Notes under the pieces: model-generated
Told to the model about the DNA's origin: nothing
The model's input: the letters and a program-made list of their open reading frames with translations, nothing else
Database searches by the model: none
DNA from: Tubiluchus corallicola
Taxonomy: Eukaryota > Animalia > Priapulida
Direction: 5' to 3'
Assembly: GCA_030141605.1 (NCBI GenBank)
Contig: JAQGDQ010000096.1
Location: 372,001-436,000, forward strand
Length of the DNA stretch: 64,000 nucleotides
Made by a program: the position numbers and the translations under genes
Shown: positions 1-15,147 of the stretch, in pieces
How the letters are laid out: the number at the start of each line of letters is the position of its first letter
Position numbering within the stretch: position 1 is the stretch's first letter

Positions 1-498
1 AGATCGATGGCAGTCATTGGGAACTCCCATTCAGCGGCCACTTGGAGTGTTGGCGATTTCGTGCTCCTCGGCGGCGGAGAACACTGGCTGACCTCCGGTC
101 TTCAGCGGATGACTACCTGAGAGTTTGTCAGAAAGGGTCTTTCTTGGAACTCCGAATTGCCTCGCCGCTGCGCTGATTGTCCTGTTGGTATTCTTGACGG
201 CATGTAGGGCAGCTTCCAGAGCTTCTGGGGTATAATATTGTTATCTATGACCCGATACAGGGGTGTAGGTGCGTGGCATGTTAAGTAGCAAGAAATAGTA
301 GACAAATAATATGTAGCGCAGAATGGAGTACTTCTAGAGCGAATTGAAAAAAGATAACTGTCGCAAACTGTTTATAATGACGGTGATCATGATATCTGTT
401 CATTAAACACTGAACAATAGTTACAGCAAACCTACAATGGCCCTTACGTAAGGGGTGGCGAACTCACCCTCGGGTGGCGAACTCACCCCGTTTTACGG
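1..498 (-). mobile_element. Decayed pogo/Tigger-family DNA transposon: left end plus 5' part of the transposase (HTH_psq and start of CENP-B-type HTH); continues off the window
   Basis: The minus strand begins TA|CCGTAAAACGGGGTGAGTTCGCCACCC, with a tandem subterminal GGGTGAGTTCGCCACCC repeat (453-489). From ATG 279 it reads MPRTYTPVSGHR*QYYTPEALEAALHAVKNTNRTISAAARQFGVPRKTLSDKLSG..FSAAEEHEIANT, then after a frameshift LQVAAEWEFPMTAID. It has one in-frame stop and one frameshift. Confidence 0.8.
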
Positions 499-1814
499 TA
501 CTAACACAAGAAACTTTTTTTATTAAATGAACAGGTCAGCAATGTCTACGCACAATGATGTAATCTTACGAACCCAGGTCAAGCAAAAGTATTTTGCTGT
601 TGGAAGCAGCTCCATGTTAACGTCCATGAATCACATATTTTGACAGGAAAATAGCGCAAACAGTTCGTTTCATTACGTTAAGTAGTGTTGCGCGTTTATG
701 TAATTACACATACATTATGTTACTACTTACGCTCAAGCAAACTTCGAAATGACTTACAAGAATTGTTTCTAGAATTTGGGGCCCCTTAAATATGATGCCC
801 TAGGGAAATGCCTAGTTTGCCTAGAGGAGAGCCGGCCCTGCTCATGCGATTGTGAAAAATTTCTTAACCTATATAACAAACGTTGAAGTAACTAACACCT
901 TCATTTGCGTAACGTGCGTTAATTTTATATCCATAAAGCTATTGGTCAAATAGATGACCTATAACATGTTACATACATTCACTCTAACAACGTTTCTTGT
1001 AGAACTTTCCATTTATAATATTCGTACATTAATGTCCCTTAAATATTCGTACATTAATATTTTTAAGTGTTATTTGGTACTAATATCTAATGTAATCTTG
1101 TAGTAAAACATGTCAGCTTGTACAGGTATAGTCTATTCTTTACTGTAAGTGTTTTTGTAAATAGTGAATATAGTTTGTAATGGTGAGGATCCTGAATCAT
1201 GTTTTAAACTGTCTAATCCAATCCTACAATAAATTATGTTTAAATTACGTTTTAAACGTTTAAAGTTGCGAGTTTAATTCAAAACAGCTATTTTCACTGC
1301 TGATGTCACGTTTTAAACAGTCTCCAGTTGAAATTTCAAATTTTAGGAAAAATAATAAGAAACTTTACAAATAACGGTTTGTACACAAAGAACAAATATG
1401 CCGTTGTTTATACTCGAGTATACAATAGTAATAAAAATTAATATGAGATATTCGTGCAAATACTAATACACAAGTCACTGCAGGAGTTGTGGGGCGTCTC
1501 CTAAAGTACTGCGTACCAGTTTTGTCCCCATACCAAGTCCAAGACTTTGAATGCATTGAAAGGGTTCAGCGTTAATAACCCGCAGGCTTTTTGATAGGTG
1601 CTAGTTAGGACACATTCCATATATGAAAAATGTAGGTTAGTTGAATCTGGTTTGCATCTACTTGAAGGGAGACGCATTATTTTTTATTTAAAAATGGTGT
1701 ATAAGATCGTACATAAACTGGTAGTTTAAATTTTGAAGATTTCTCCACTTTTGCTCCCATCACACACTTGCTAGGAAATAGCTAAACTTTTTTATCATTT
1801 CTTGTATATATAGC

Positions 1815-1846
<32 letters not shown>
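1815..1846. repeat. (TA)n/(TG)n microsatellite
   Basis: Seen directly in the sequence. Confidence 0.9.
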
Positions 1847-1847
1847 A

Positions 1848-2250
1848 TAAATATGCTTTTTCAAACAGAATTTGTAGTACATGGAATGACCTCAGTTTTG
1901 ATTTTGCCAATTCATACAGTCTATCAGTTATTCCGTAGGAAGCTACCAGAAACTTGCTTGTTAAAATATTGCAAATTTAATAAATATTTATAAAACGTTA
2001 TTACCATAGTTCCATGATCTCTCGCAGTTTTGATAAATTTGCTCTTTGTATATATTTTATTGACTTTTTAATTTACCGTATTTTTAATGTAAGTAATTTG
2101 AATTTTGTCCTGTGTAAACTGATGTGTTTTATTTTGCTAGTTTAGAATATAGGCTGGTCTGAGAGCTAACATAGCTGTCAGGCTCACCTTTTATAAAATA
2201 ATGTGTATTTTATAAACGTTCTTAATAAACAAACAAACAAATAAATAAAT
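1848..2250 (+). mobile_element. 3' fragment of a CR1/L2-group LINE
   Basis: Encodes KYAFSNRICSTWNDL, matching the F.NR...WN.L motif at the end of CR1/L2 ORF2. An AT-rich 3' UTR follows and ends in AATAAAC(AAAC)n(AAAT)n. Confidence 0.55.
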
Positions 2251-2879
2251 ATTTCAAAATTTTCAGTGATTTCTTCATATCAGTATGATTTTTCTTTCGC
2301 ATAAGCTCCTATTAAGGGCAATTTACTTGTTTTTTCTTATAATTTACACAAATCAGCAGTTTGAGATCTCAACTTCTCAATAAAGCGTTAGTAGTTCTAT
2401 GAAAAATCAGCAATCGTTTAACCACTGTTTGCGGCAGTAAATACCAGTGCAACTTAACCCATTCACCACGGCAACATTCGGAGTCAAGTGATGAGTTTTT
2501 ACCGCCCGTCTTGACATGTAATGAGATGCAGATGCGAATGATGAAGAAATGATGAGTCGAGCTTAACGAGAAACAGACGTGGATGTTTGCGAAAAACTAT
2601 GCGACTTCGTGGCTTCTTTACAAAGAGGGAGCGAGTACACTTCACAGAGTGTATGAAGACTCAGTATCAATAAAATAGTCAGCTGTGTGACAAACTGATA
2701 GGCTCGTTAAAGCAGCATTGAAAGCAAAATATGATTGGGTGTCAAAGTGTATCCTAGACTTTGCCTGATAACCATTTCTTATTTAAAAATCGACGGAAAG
2801 CATTGTACAGGCAAAATAAGGTAATTTAGTTTTGCCGTGACGTCTCTAGCGTATTTAATAATACACGTCCGTACACGAT

Positions 2880-2965
2880 TAAAGTCCTTGGTATTATCGT
2901 GTCGCAGTATTGAACTCACGACCTCCCAGGCGGAAAACGGACGCGTTCACCAGGCTATACCACTT
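2880..2965 (-). mobile_element. tRNA-derived SINE head remnant
   Basis: The minus strand has an A-box-like TGGTATAGCCTGG and a B-box-like GAGTTCAATAC, followed by ATACCAAGGACTTT. A related core (ATACTAAAGACTTCAAAAATAGTACC) lies at 35085-35140. Confidence 0.5.
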
Positions 2966-5696
2966 ATATGGTAATTTAAGCAGCTTCCTGATACCATTAA
3001 TTATACGCAATATGTATTTTGTAAAGGCAGTATTGTCAAATCACAAATACGTGTACGGAATAGAAAAGTTTGATTTTTAATATCCGCATTGTTAAACAAA
3101 TCAGAACAAATTGCATGATCTAAATATTATTCTTGTGAACTAACAGGCAATATCTGCGAAGCCAAAGAGGCAGTTCCTGTAACAACGTTATTTAGAGGAC
3201 GTGGGAGAGATTTCATGCATTTACTTTTCGTATTTCGTATTGGTAAACTAAATATTATGTGTGATAGCAAAATTATTACAATTATTTAAGAGTACTTGTA
3301 ATACAGGTATAAAGGGAGCTGACAAAATACAGTAATATCAACTGCATAAAAATATTATTCAGTAAACAATAAGCAATACGGCAGCCTTTCAATTTATGCA
3401 ATTTTACAGATAATTCGTCGCCATAAATGTTGAACAAAGGAGGGGATAGAATACTACCTTGCCTTACACCATTTCCAACTACGTATCCAATAGAACTTAC
3501 TTTCGCGCATCAAATCTGTGCTCTACAGGTAAGCTGCTAGCCACAATCTTCTGTAATAATACGTGCACATTAAAGGCAACACAATTAACCTTTCTGGCTA
3601 AATTTTACGAAAACTTTATTTACATCAGAAATAGTATATTCTAATTCTCCCGATTTGATCAGAAGACTCCCGATTTTAATGGTAGCCTCCTTTTCTCCAA
3701 ATTATGAAATATTTCTCACATTTTCCCACCAACTGTTACTTCAGCTTAATGTGATCACAGTATATACAACAATCCCCCTCCGTATGCCTGAAATAGTTGT
3801 CTATCTAGCGTGCTAGGTAAAGCGAGAAAATCGTCTTGGAGGCAGCACATAGAAGATGAGCACAATTACACTAGAATTATAGAAATATTTTAGGAATGTT
3901 AAGAGTAATATTTTGACTTGTAGGGAGCATTCTTTTAAGGAGTTAAAAAGTGCTGTCTGAAAGGTATTTCTACTGCCAGATCTGGTGTTAAAATAGGCAT
4001 CCAAAAATTTAGAAAAGCAGAAGTCCACAGTGGAGCTTACAGTGTAACACCCTAGCAGAATTCTTGTGGAATCTCCATATTTTGGTCATCTGCAGGTTGG
4101 AATGTCAGAGTCAGGTCACTCCTAGTTAGTTACTGAGCAAATTTCGAGCATTTTTGTAATGGTCATAATTAATTTCACATTACTATTGTAATTTAGAGAA
4201 ACTCCATATTTTCGAGTTTCAAACTACAGATAGTTCAGACATTTCAAATAAAATGATAATCAGTAAGATTTGGGCCTACACTACAGTTTTTCAATAGCGC
4301 TTTAACTGGGACTTGCACAGCTTATGGCTTCTGTTTAAATTAAATACATTAATTACAGTAATTGTAATTTCACTGATTAACTGTGTCTATAATTCAACCT
4401 CTGGGCTAAAGGAATAGCAGTAAGTTTCAGTTTTCTTTTGGTTTTAAACCTCACGTTGTCAAACAATATAACCAGTCTGCGCAGGCTCAAAATCAGGCAG
4501 CAATTTCAGTCTTGCTGCTTCGATATCCAGCTTTTTTTCTCGTTTATCAGATCATGCCTAAGAATCGAATATTTTCTTACAATTTTATCTGTTAGAAAAC
4601 GTAAAAATCATCAATCTTTGTCAGAACTCAGAAGCATTGTTTGAGCAACCTGAAATTGAGACATTTGAAAAGCAGGAATGATCAGACGACAAAACATTAA
4701 CCACGCTGCAATAATAAAGCAGCCAATCGCGCGATATATCAGTGAGGTCTCGCTGAAACTGTCGCACGCTGTACCTCGTTATTAATAGTGCATCGAAGTG
4801 TGGACAAAGCTATAATTTGAATCATGCTTAATAATAGTATAAGATAAAACTAATGTTAAGCTGTAATATACATTCAACGTAACAATCACATTTACAGTAG
4901 GCCTAATTTATTTATATAACAACTATCCAGTATTGTTGTAGTGTAATTTATGAAAACTAGTTTCGTGTCAATTGCATTTTTGTTCACCTACTGCTTCCAA
5001 GCAGTTATGCAATATATGCCAAAATGTGAAGAATTTATTTATGAAAAATTCAAAACACCTAATTTCCCTTTGAAGATTTAAGAAATTTTACATCAATCGT
5101 TTGAAAGTGTATCATTATTTAAATTATTTTCAAATTCAGAGAAAAGCAGTCAAAGAACTTAGTTTGTATTAAAAACTTTAGTAACTTCACGCATTATCAG
5201 CTAGGTTTTCAGGGCAGCTTTTAGCTAAGAATAAAAATCGGTTAAAACACTTAATATCATAGCCCTATCATTCTCGTGTGTTTTATTGTTTCTGTTTTAT
5301 GATGCAAATAAAGGAAACTTGTTCAGGACTTATGATTGATGTGCATATAATATACATAACAAATAGACCTACCAAATATACAAAACAACTAAGCCTAGGC
5401 TACCTGTAATTCAGGTTCGCAACGAGAATTTAATACAATAATAATAACACTTACCAACAATGATAACGATTACTACAGGCATTTACAGCACCATGTTCAT
5501 GAGAGCAAATGTAGTTTGAGCTTTAGGGTATTTGATACAGAAAAACTGTCATAAATACAAAATTAGAAACGGTAACATGGTACTGTACAAAGTAAACAAA
5601 TATACAACTTTGCATAAAAATAATTAATAAATATTAAATTACTTGTAAACACCTTGCAATAATATTTTGGTTACCAAATAAACGACTATACGACTA

Positions 5697-5741
5697 TACA
5701 TACATACAAAAATACATACATACATACGTACATACATACAC
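5697..5741. repeat. (TACA)n microsatellite
   Basis: Seen directly in the sequence. Confidence 0.85.
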
Positions 5742-6255
5742 AATATAATGTATTATTTTAACAGTATTGCAATTATAAAGATAAACTGGCTATCTAATTG
5801 TGTGCATAGCTATCATAACAAAATTTAATGTGTTTAAAAATGTTTGCAGCATTAGCACTAGCAAAACTGGGACAAGACATTTAGCCAAGGGTCGCAGAAA
5901 AGCTGCAAAATCGCGAAGAAACACTGCATATTTAAACAAATTTTAAACAGTCAACAGAATGATGAAAAGAAGCATTACGTTTGTTCTCAGTTTATGAAAA
6001 CTGTATTACTTTGATACGAAATTTGCATGCTATAGAACGTGTTAAACATTCACATTAATTGTACAGGCTGGCATTTCAAAAATGTTATGAGATGACTGCT
6101 ATTTTGTCTGCTCATTTGTAAAATAAATGTAATGATCGTGTTGATATGTTATAGTTACACTGTTAAAACTGACCAAGAGGAATGCTAAATATAAATCTAA
6201 AGACAAATAAATGCAAAGAACTTACATTAATATGATAACTTATTAAAGGAAAACC

Positions 6256-6797
6256 GGATGATTGTGTAAACACGAGTTCAGAATAAAGAATGCTCTAAAA
6301 TATTGAAAACTACAATAGCTTATTTTAAATCAAAGCTTAGATTAAATAATATTTACCTCGGATACTCAAATTTTACTAAAGTTTCAAAGCTACGCGCGGC
6401 TAGTGAATCTACTAAGATTAGCAGCGGCACCTTTCTGTCACATGCGCGTGGCCGACAAATGGAAAGCGATACCGTGATAAGCATGATCATGAACTACAGT
6501 GCTTTCGTCTTTCTGACGTTATATGACGTAGAGCCCATTTTCGTCACATCATGCGTTTAAACAGTACTGTAACACTTATTCAAATGTGCTTGATGCGCAA
6601 GGGAAGACGCCTGCCATTGTGCAAACTGTGGTTAGTTTCTGACGTAAGCAATAGCTATGTTCGGTTGCCGTTAATTAACTTTCTAAGCTAATTATTCAAA
6701 TATAAGAACCAACTAACTTTTATCGGCAAGAAAATGTATATTTTGAACTGTAAATTAAAATGAGATTGAGTCTAAACAATCGTCCGGTCTTCCTTTA
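6256..6797. repeat. Left arm of a ~540-bp inverted repeat (partner at 8470-8996), downstream of the Prrx stop codon
   Basis: GGATGATTGTGTAAACACGAGTTCAGAATAAAG...GAGTCTAAACAATCGTCCGG is the reverse complement of 8470-8996 at roughly 90% identity by eye. The core 6573-6702 has one mismatch in 130 bp. Confidence 0.95.
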
Positions 6798-6941
6798 AGA
6801 ATAATGGCATCTTTGCTCACAACCTCAATTACTTGTGAAAATAAGCATCACTTCATAACAAACGATTTTTAATGGTTTGTATATATATTACTAATTAGTT
6901 TCACTTGTAAAAATGTGCTCATTCTTTAATAGGACATTCCA

Positions 6942-7033
6942 CAGTGGCATAGCTAAGGGGAGAGGAACTCCATGTGGCACTTTACTCAAGTGGACTGAAG
7001 CCCCGGGCACCACAAGCTCTAGCTACACCACTG
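6942..7033. mobile_element. Short MITE in the Prrx 3' region
   Basis: Terminal inverted repeats CAGTGGCATAGCTA ... TAGCTACACCACTG. A related end lies near 25016. No intact target-site duplication. Confidence 0.55.
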
Positions 7034-7160
7034 GTTCCTCACAGGGTCTAAGGGTGACGTGTCAATTTCAGAAAAATCGACATATGAGCACCATTTCTAT
7101 TAAGAAAAAGGATATCAAAAGTTAGATATTAGAACAGCTCTTTGACAGAGCTGCCATCCG

Positions 7161-7538
7161 TCAGGCTGTAGAATAACTTGTTGTTGAAGAGTATTCTTGA
7201 GCTTCGGTTTTCACAACATCTAAAACTGAACTGTTTCTTTCTGAAGTGGATGGAGGGATGCTCAGAGGTGCAACAGTAACTGGATAAAAAGAACCATAAG
7301 CTGCTATTGGTCCAGGAACACAATGAGTGGACTTATAGTAATCAGTGTCCACGTAGTGTGAGTTACGCGGATGCCATTGAAGAGGGTACTCAATAACAGG
7401 TGAACTAGTGCTAGATGATTTTGACATTTGAGTTTCTGGTGATTCTGGCGTCGAAATGTGTCCATATAACTCTGTACGTGGGAGACTCAAGTTTCTTTCT
7501 GTTCTGCGAAATTTAGCTCTTCGATTCTGAAACCAAAC
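7161..7538 (-). CDS. Prrx: Prrx-family homeobox gene, exon 3 (end of homeodomain helix 3 and C-terminus with a degenerate OAR-like motif)
   Basis: Acceptor ttccag|GTT TGG TTT CAG gives VWFQNRRAKFRRTER, ending RNSSVLDVVKTEAQEYSSTTSYSTA*. The intron sits at the paired-class Q46/V47 position. Confidence 0.9.
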   Translation of the reverse strand, partial: VWFQNRRAKFRRTERNLSLPRTELYGHISTPESPETQMSKSSSTSSPVIEYPLQWHPRNSHYVDTDYYKSTHCVPGPIAAYGSFYPVTVAPLSIPPSTSERNSSVLDVVKTEAQEYSSTTSYSTA

Positions 7539-7585
7539 CTGGAAACAAATGAAGAGCGCTTTCAGCTGTTAAGTAAATGTATTGA

Positions 7586-8200
<615 letters not shown>

Positions 8201-8469
8201 TCAGTCACTGCTTTTTAATTTGCTAAAATTATTATACCATTTTTTTTGCTACATTCAAGTTATTTCTCCTTCAGAATCTGCATATTTTCTCAGGATTCCC
8301 TTCTTCTATCTTCACATGCTAGCCAGAAACTTATATAACACTACTGAGTTACCATAATTATGTCGCTTCAACAGCAGTAATGCAGAGGATTTCCTAAGAC
8401 AACTGGCGTGTACACAATCAATCGTAGTTTAATAAATAGTAATCGCGCGTGTATCAAAGCAATTTGTTT

Positions 8470-8996
8470 TTAGAGGAATACCGAATGATTGTTTAGACTC
8501 AATCTCATTTCAATTTACTGTTCAAAATATACATTTTCTTGTCTATAAAAGTTAACAGTTGTTCCTTTTATTTGAATAATTAGCTTAGAAAGTTAATTAA
8601 CGGCAACCGAACATAGCTATTGCTTACGTCAGAAACTAACCACAGTTTGCGCAATGGCAGGCGTCTTCCCTTGCGCATCAAGCACATTTGAATAAGTGCT
8701 ACAGCACTGTTTATACGCATGATGTGACGAAAATGGGCTCTACATCATATAACGTAAGAAAGTAACACTGTAGTTCATGATCATGCTTATCAATGTACCG
8801 CCTTCTATTTGTCGGCCACGCGGATGTGGCAGAAAGGCGCCGCTGCCAATCTTAGTAGATTCACTGAGCCGCGCGTAACTTTGAAACTTTAGCAAAATTT
8901 GAGTATCCGAGGTAATTATTATTTAATCTAAGCTTTGAATATTTTTCAATACTTTAGAGCATTCTTTATTCTGAACTCGTGTTTACACAATCATCC
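8470..8996. repeat. Right arm of the ~540-bp inverted repeat, in Prrx intron 1
   Basis: Reverse complement of 6256-6797. Confidence 0.95.
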
Positions 8997-11900
8997 CCTA
9001 AAAAGTACGTGCTAAATTTAATCATGTAATGGAAAGACAGGAAAAGAACTTAGTTAGCAATGCACGTATTTGAACTACATTTGCAAGCAACTTTAGCCAA
9101 AACGCAGTTTAGACTGCAGTATTTTAGTTTTGAGGAGTTTCCAAACTACATTGCAGAGAGTCTTAGACCGGTTGTGAATCACTTGTCGCATGTGCGCGCG
9201 TGGTTTGCCCACATTCTACGCGTAATAACTTTTATCGTAACATCGTTGTAAATTTTCCGTTATCAACGCACATTTCTGGGTAAACTTTTCTCAGGTAATA
9301 AACTAGATTCGAATAAAAGTAATTCAAACCACATGTTTAGTTTAAGCAGAGTAGAGGTTTCGGTTTCGGCGTAAACTTTATTATCGTACGCGTTATACAG
9401 CATAGCGGGCTTAGATGATGTAGCCTATAGCTGATCTAATAATTTTACGCGCACAAGTAAAATTCCGTAATAATGTATATAACTTATTATCATATTATTC
9501 AGTATATGAAATTTACAAAAGATCAACATTTTCGTTAAATATCCGCTAGGCGGAATAATAACCTGTTCTTGCACTGATTCCACGGAATATCTTGACAATG
9601 TACATGTTAAGTCACTGTACCGACGAATAGATTTAGATATAAGAGACACTTTTTTCACGTTTTATAAGCAGTAGCCATGTCACTGGTCAGATTTAGGCCT
9701 ATTGTTACACAACAATCTAATTTGAGGGTTTGGTAATAAATATCAAATATTCACACGACCCAAATAGTTTGAAAAAGAAATCAACCAAATAGGTCAGTTT
9801 TCATTGATCTGTGATTATATATTAATTATAATTAAAATTTTGTAAAAAAGACTGAGCGTGCTTTGTTATAATTTAAACCAGTTGATCGAGTTAATCTTAT
9901 GATATTAACGAATAATTGCCGAGTGGTCACTATATGTATTTTGCCTAGCATTGCTGGGCCTGTTTAGTAAACGGATGGTTGGCTGTCGAGGAAACAGGTT
10001 TTGGGAGACTTCCTCTGGCATACAATCTCTGGTGCCATTTCTGTGGAGCATATAGGTTTGCTTTATACACACCCGCATATATTCAAGTGTCGTACTTTTA
10101 GCTATACTTGTCTGTGTTCCAGTCTGTATCACAGCATTTATAAATCACAGCAGCCATTTCACGATTAGCTTGCAGCACTTGTGAATTAATACTAGTATTA
10201 AATTTAATACAACAAAAGTAAGGAATACAACATAGACTTGTTTAAAGGTACACTAGCATCTGTAGTTCAATAACAATTTTGGTAGATGGCGACACTAGCA
10301 CTCTAAAAAGTACAGTAGGCATAATATGGAATGATATCTGGTAATAAAAAAGACGTAGTATGTCCCCTAAGAGAAAGGCTTTGGCTTCTCGATTACAATG
10401 GTTTTTAGTTTAAAGTGTAGACACGCATTAGAATGCCTGACTTTCCTTGGTTATCGGGAATATTTTCTGTTGTTAGCCTCTTCCAATCTTTTAGTAACGT
10501 ATTGGTTTTGTGTTATATCTCTAAGGTCAATATCAGCGGAGTGAAAAACGATACACTTCTTATCACTGTATTTGTGTTTGTACAATATCTACAAATGAAA
10601 AGGAAACAAACAACTAAATCGGTGAATGAAGAAGGGTCGGACAGACGTAGGCCTAATGGCGTCTGCGTAAGTAAATTGTCTTTTAATGTGCTTAGATGTC
10701 CAAACTGACTTTTTATTGAATGTTTGCAGTTGCACAAATTTCAGAACCTCATAACAACAATGTAGCAAACCCATAATAACATTTTTTATTCATTTCGGAA
10801 AGCCTTTACAGCATTTTATTACACTTTGAGAGCATGGCGCAGCTTTACTTCAAATGCCATTTGGTTGTAATTATTGTAAATCTTGCTACTATAACCGCTA
10901 ATTCTCAACAGGCACAGACACTTGCCACGTCATTTAACTCAAATCAAAACTTCTGACCCAGAAAAACTGTATTAGAAGCATGAGGGAAGGTAATTAACCT
11001 TTGTGCTTTAATTATCGATAGTTGTGTTTTGAATGAAAAAGGGCAGGTCGACTTCGATCAGTAGGTCAGAAGCGTGGGAGAAGCGGGTTGTGAAGGCTGA
11101 CGCAATAAATTAGCGAAACCTTGTGCAACCTGGTCAGCCGTAAAATATTGATGGAACATGAACTTTCCTAGCAAAAAGGGAAGGAAAGATACAGTTAGGC
11201 GAAAAATTTCGCCATGTTGCACTTTCTAGCATCGTATATCTACTTCAGCAACCAACGTGGGTGAACGAATTCGAACCAAAACAATTAACTTCGAGAAAAA
11301 TTGTCTTAATTATAATTAGACCCACAATGGTAACAAATATCAATACTTTAACGATTGTCGACCAGATGAAGAGGTTTGTCACTTGGATAATTAAATTTGA
11401 TTTATAAATGCAAAGATGTTTTTCATATTACACATTTCTTGTAGTATCTAGCTGTAGTTGCAGAATGAATTTTTTCTTTGATTTTTGCACACAGACTTGT
11501 GATTATACCTGGATGATGTACAGAGTAACTGTTAGTGAAGAAACCACTATAAAAATGTTCTTAAAAATGTTGCACATATATTAATTGTTACATAATTGCT
11601 ACAAGACATGCAATAAGTTCACATATTTTTTGTCTTACCAAGTTACAACGTCAGTTCAATTATCCAGGCCTATAATAAAACTTACAGTCAAACTGCTTGT
11701 GTTGGGTTAGCATAATATGTGTTATTTAAAGATAGTTTAACATAAAGCGTCAAATTTGAAATGTAATAAATGATGGAAAGCTAAATGCAACAATACTTTT
11801 TTTTGATATTTTCGAAAGCTTTAAAAGTTAAAGAAAATTATTTTTTCCAGAAACTATTTCGAAGTTGAGCAAGTAAATATAATCTACAATCTTTCAACAT

Positions 11901-12039
11901 TAAAAGTTTTTACAACTGCAAGAAGCAACTTTTTCAACTTTCAACGTTAATTATATCTATGATCTATTTATATAGTCCATAAACTTGTTAAGTACGTTTA
12001 CTAGTTTATAGCAAAGCATGATTCTGTAGCTCAACTTAC

Positions 12040-12481
12040 CACCATCAATAATATTCACTTGTCCATCTGTGCGTTTGTCAGGTGAAGACACCCCCTCGAC
12101 CAAAGTAGGTCGACTCGCATAAACACGTTCCTGGTCTAAAGCGTGTGATTCTAGTCGAGACGATACACCTGCTTCAGATATGAACTGTCCCATCCTAGCA
12201 TACATTCCGCAATGTAAATTTTCAACACTAGCAACTCCTGCAATATCTAGCAGATGATTAACGCTGAAGTCCTTGCTGGTTAAAGGTGAAGAAGACAGGT
12301 CCTTTTGGGGGTGACCTTGGTCGCTCCGTGCGTACCGGCATGTACACCCTATAGACGCCGTTTCTACGTTTGATCGTCTTGCTATGGGAAACAAATCATC
12401 TCCTGCTACAGGTAAAACTTTAAAATGTCCATCTTCTACAGGGCAGTAGCTAACATCTTTAATCACATTCCTAACTGACAT
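12040..12481 (-). CDS. Prrx: Prrx-family homeobox gene, exon 1
   Basis: ATG at 12481 opens MSVRNVIKD... and includes the eh1-like KDFSVNHLLDI (PRRX1 has KNFSVSHLLDL). The phase-1 donor G|gtaagt at 12040 matches the phase-1 acceptor at 8127. Confidence 0.8.
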
Positions 12482-15091
12482 GTATACAATTTTGTCAAAA
12501 CGCCAATACACAGTATATTATCAGGGACTAGACTGTCACACACACACACACGCTCGCATATGTCCAGACACTAAATATGAGATAGCATCTCGAAGAACTT
12601 GACGAACGTATCTAACACGATAGCCGCTTAGGCAACAATTATCACGAACAAATTATGCTATTAAATTATTTAATTTTTAAAAATTTAAAGCGTTATTCTA
12701 TACCACTCTATGTAACTGATTTTCAATTTTTAACGCCAAGTCACCAGCAATACAGACACACTTTTGTACATTATGGCGACATTCATTTTACACCAACGAA
12801 ACCTACTGATGTAATCGCGAGATTCACTAAAGTAACGAACTCATTATGAAATGTTAAGGTCTCAGTTTTACCAACGTGTCTCGTCCTCTGACAGAACGTA
12901 GCATGCATGATCTGTGCTGGAATGTAGCGCCAGCAAAAGCAAAAACGCACAGAAGTGACGCACGTGTTATTAACCATGTCTGCCAGCATATTCGTGTCTG
13001 CAAACGACTCCCTCTAGTGGCGCATCCATACTTACAAACCTACTATCCTCACAAAATTACTTTACCGTAGACAGCTAACTTACATGAGAAAGAGCCTCAT
13101 GGATGCCTGAAAACTCAACTAAATTTTATCGCAGGAGATCAACCAGGAGAAGAAAATTCAATCCGGAAACTACTGTGTCTCAAACTTGCAGGTACGTATC
13201 TACAAAGCTAGGTATAAAACAGCATCAGAGACAGGGCGTCGTCTGTATGAAGATAAATAGTCCAAGAACCCAAACCTGGTATAGTACATTAGATCCTCTC
13301 TAACTGACACAACTTCAGAAAGCAAAGGTCAAGAAACATAAGCTTCAAAGGCAAAAGTGAGGAGTTACTATAAGTAATACGGCAGGCGTATTTGTTAAGC
13401 AGATATTGATGTTTACTAATTTGATGTTTGTGATAGGACCGGAATCTTTCTATTTAACTGTTTACTAAGATGAGATATTGAAACGCTAAAGCTTAGAACT
13501 TAGATTGTCAGTAAGGCCTATCATCTTACAGATTATATCTGATTATTAGCTAGGATCCGGCCCCGCCGCAACCTAAATTGTCACAACGTGTTAGCACATA
13601 CACGGACGATGGACGAAGTAATAGCAGAGTGGTCACTATGTGTAGTATCTGACTGCAGTTTGCAAAGTTAAGTTACGTTAAGTCTGGTTAGTAAATTATT
13701 GGGTGATTAGGAAAATGGTTTTTCGCCGATTACAGCCGCTGTACTGTCGTATGGATCCGAATATGGCTAAAACGTCTCAGCTGAAGTGTATTGGACATTT
13801 ACAAGCGTTAGCGGGTATGCTTAATATAGATTATTATAGCAGTAATGCAAGTTATCTCAGTATCAAGTATAGGCATCTAAAATGAGGCAACAGAGGTGTT
13901 CTTACTGGATCCTTCCTTAAAGGTACGTAAAATCGTTTCTACGGGCAATTTTAGAACGTTACCCATCCATTTACTAACTAGGCTTGACATAACTTAACTT
14001 AGAACCAAACTCTGCTATACTGCTTTCGCCCGCAAATGGTACACTACTATTGTTTGTAGTGACAATAAAACGCTCTTTCACCCAGAGCGATTCAATGTTA
14101 ATAATTCTATTAATAATTAATTGATTATGAAATATAAAATGGAAATAATTCATTGAAGTTGTTAAGAGATCGTAAAACGTTGTTAGAGAGCTGTTAAAAC
14201 GGGATGGTAAGCTTCTACAATTTTGTCAAAACTCAGGCAGGTACAATATTCGCGATGTAAGTGAAACATAAATGTTTAATGAAATGACGCTCTTTTATAT
14301 CACGCTGAGAGCAATTCCATTTCATTTTAATCATTTAGTAATATGACTGATGTGAGTTTTCCTGGGAGAGAATTCTTTGGTATTATTAATTTTTAAAGAA
14401 TATTGTCCAGCGGCGGTTCACAAACGATGCAGAAAAATTCTTCTTAGTGGAGTAAAGATGTTCGTCGCAGTACATCTAATAAGGCGAGAATATTTCTGAA
14501 AGAATATGTTCAGAAGTTACATAAAAATTCAGTTCACTTTTTGGCTTCTGAATAGACGTTTCGCGAAGTTGCAAACTAATAACGCAGTTTAGACACAGTT
14601 AAAAGATGTTTTGTTCGGGTAGAATCTAGACCGTTTTCATGTACTTGTTCAACTCAAGGAAACGGGGACGGAGCTTCGGCGCATCGTGATGACGTGATTA
14701 AAAGCTAACACTTGCCGGGTCCTATACTGTCAAACTTTCTCCATGGCAACTGGAATTGGTTCATGTAATGATAACATACAATAATCTGCAAACTTTAATA
14801 AAACGTAACTACATCTTCCGACAGATAAAATAGTTACTATAGAGACATTACTACCATGTCACATAAAAATGATGTCACTGATGAACTGTTGTGTATTGCA
14901 AATTTTATTCTAGATATTACAATGGCAATCGTTGCCCAGTTATATACGCTGACATTTCTAGATAGGGTATATAATTGGTTGACGTACCTAGCTGTAACAT
15001 AACATTTCAAATTTTATTTACAGAGTATGCAAATTTGTTGCATTAAAATTACTATTTTAGTACCAGTTTTATCTGTTATCTATACTTGTCT

Positions 15092-15147
15092 CACACACAC
15101 GCACGCACACGCACACACGCGCGCACACACACACACATATATATATT
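15092..15147. repeat. (CA)n/(CG)n/(TA)n compound microsatellite
   Basis: Seen directly in the sequence. Confidence 0.85.

Noticed and set aside
2454-2720. piggyBac-like end (TTAACCC...)
   Set aside because: I found no matching opposite end and no transposase motif.
4700-4800. CCAAT plus TCGCGCGA promoter-like patch
   Set aside because: No associated exon or transcript is identifiable.
9820-14130. TAAT-N-ATTA palindromes near Prrx as autoregulatory sites
   Set aside because: These are expected by chance in such AT-rich DNA, and I have no conservation data.
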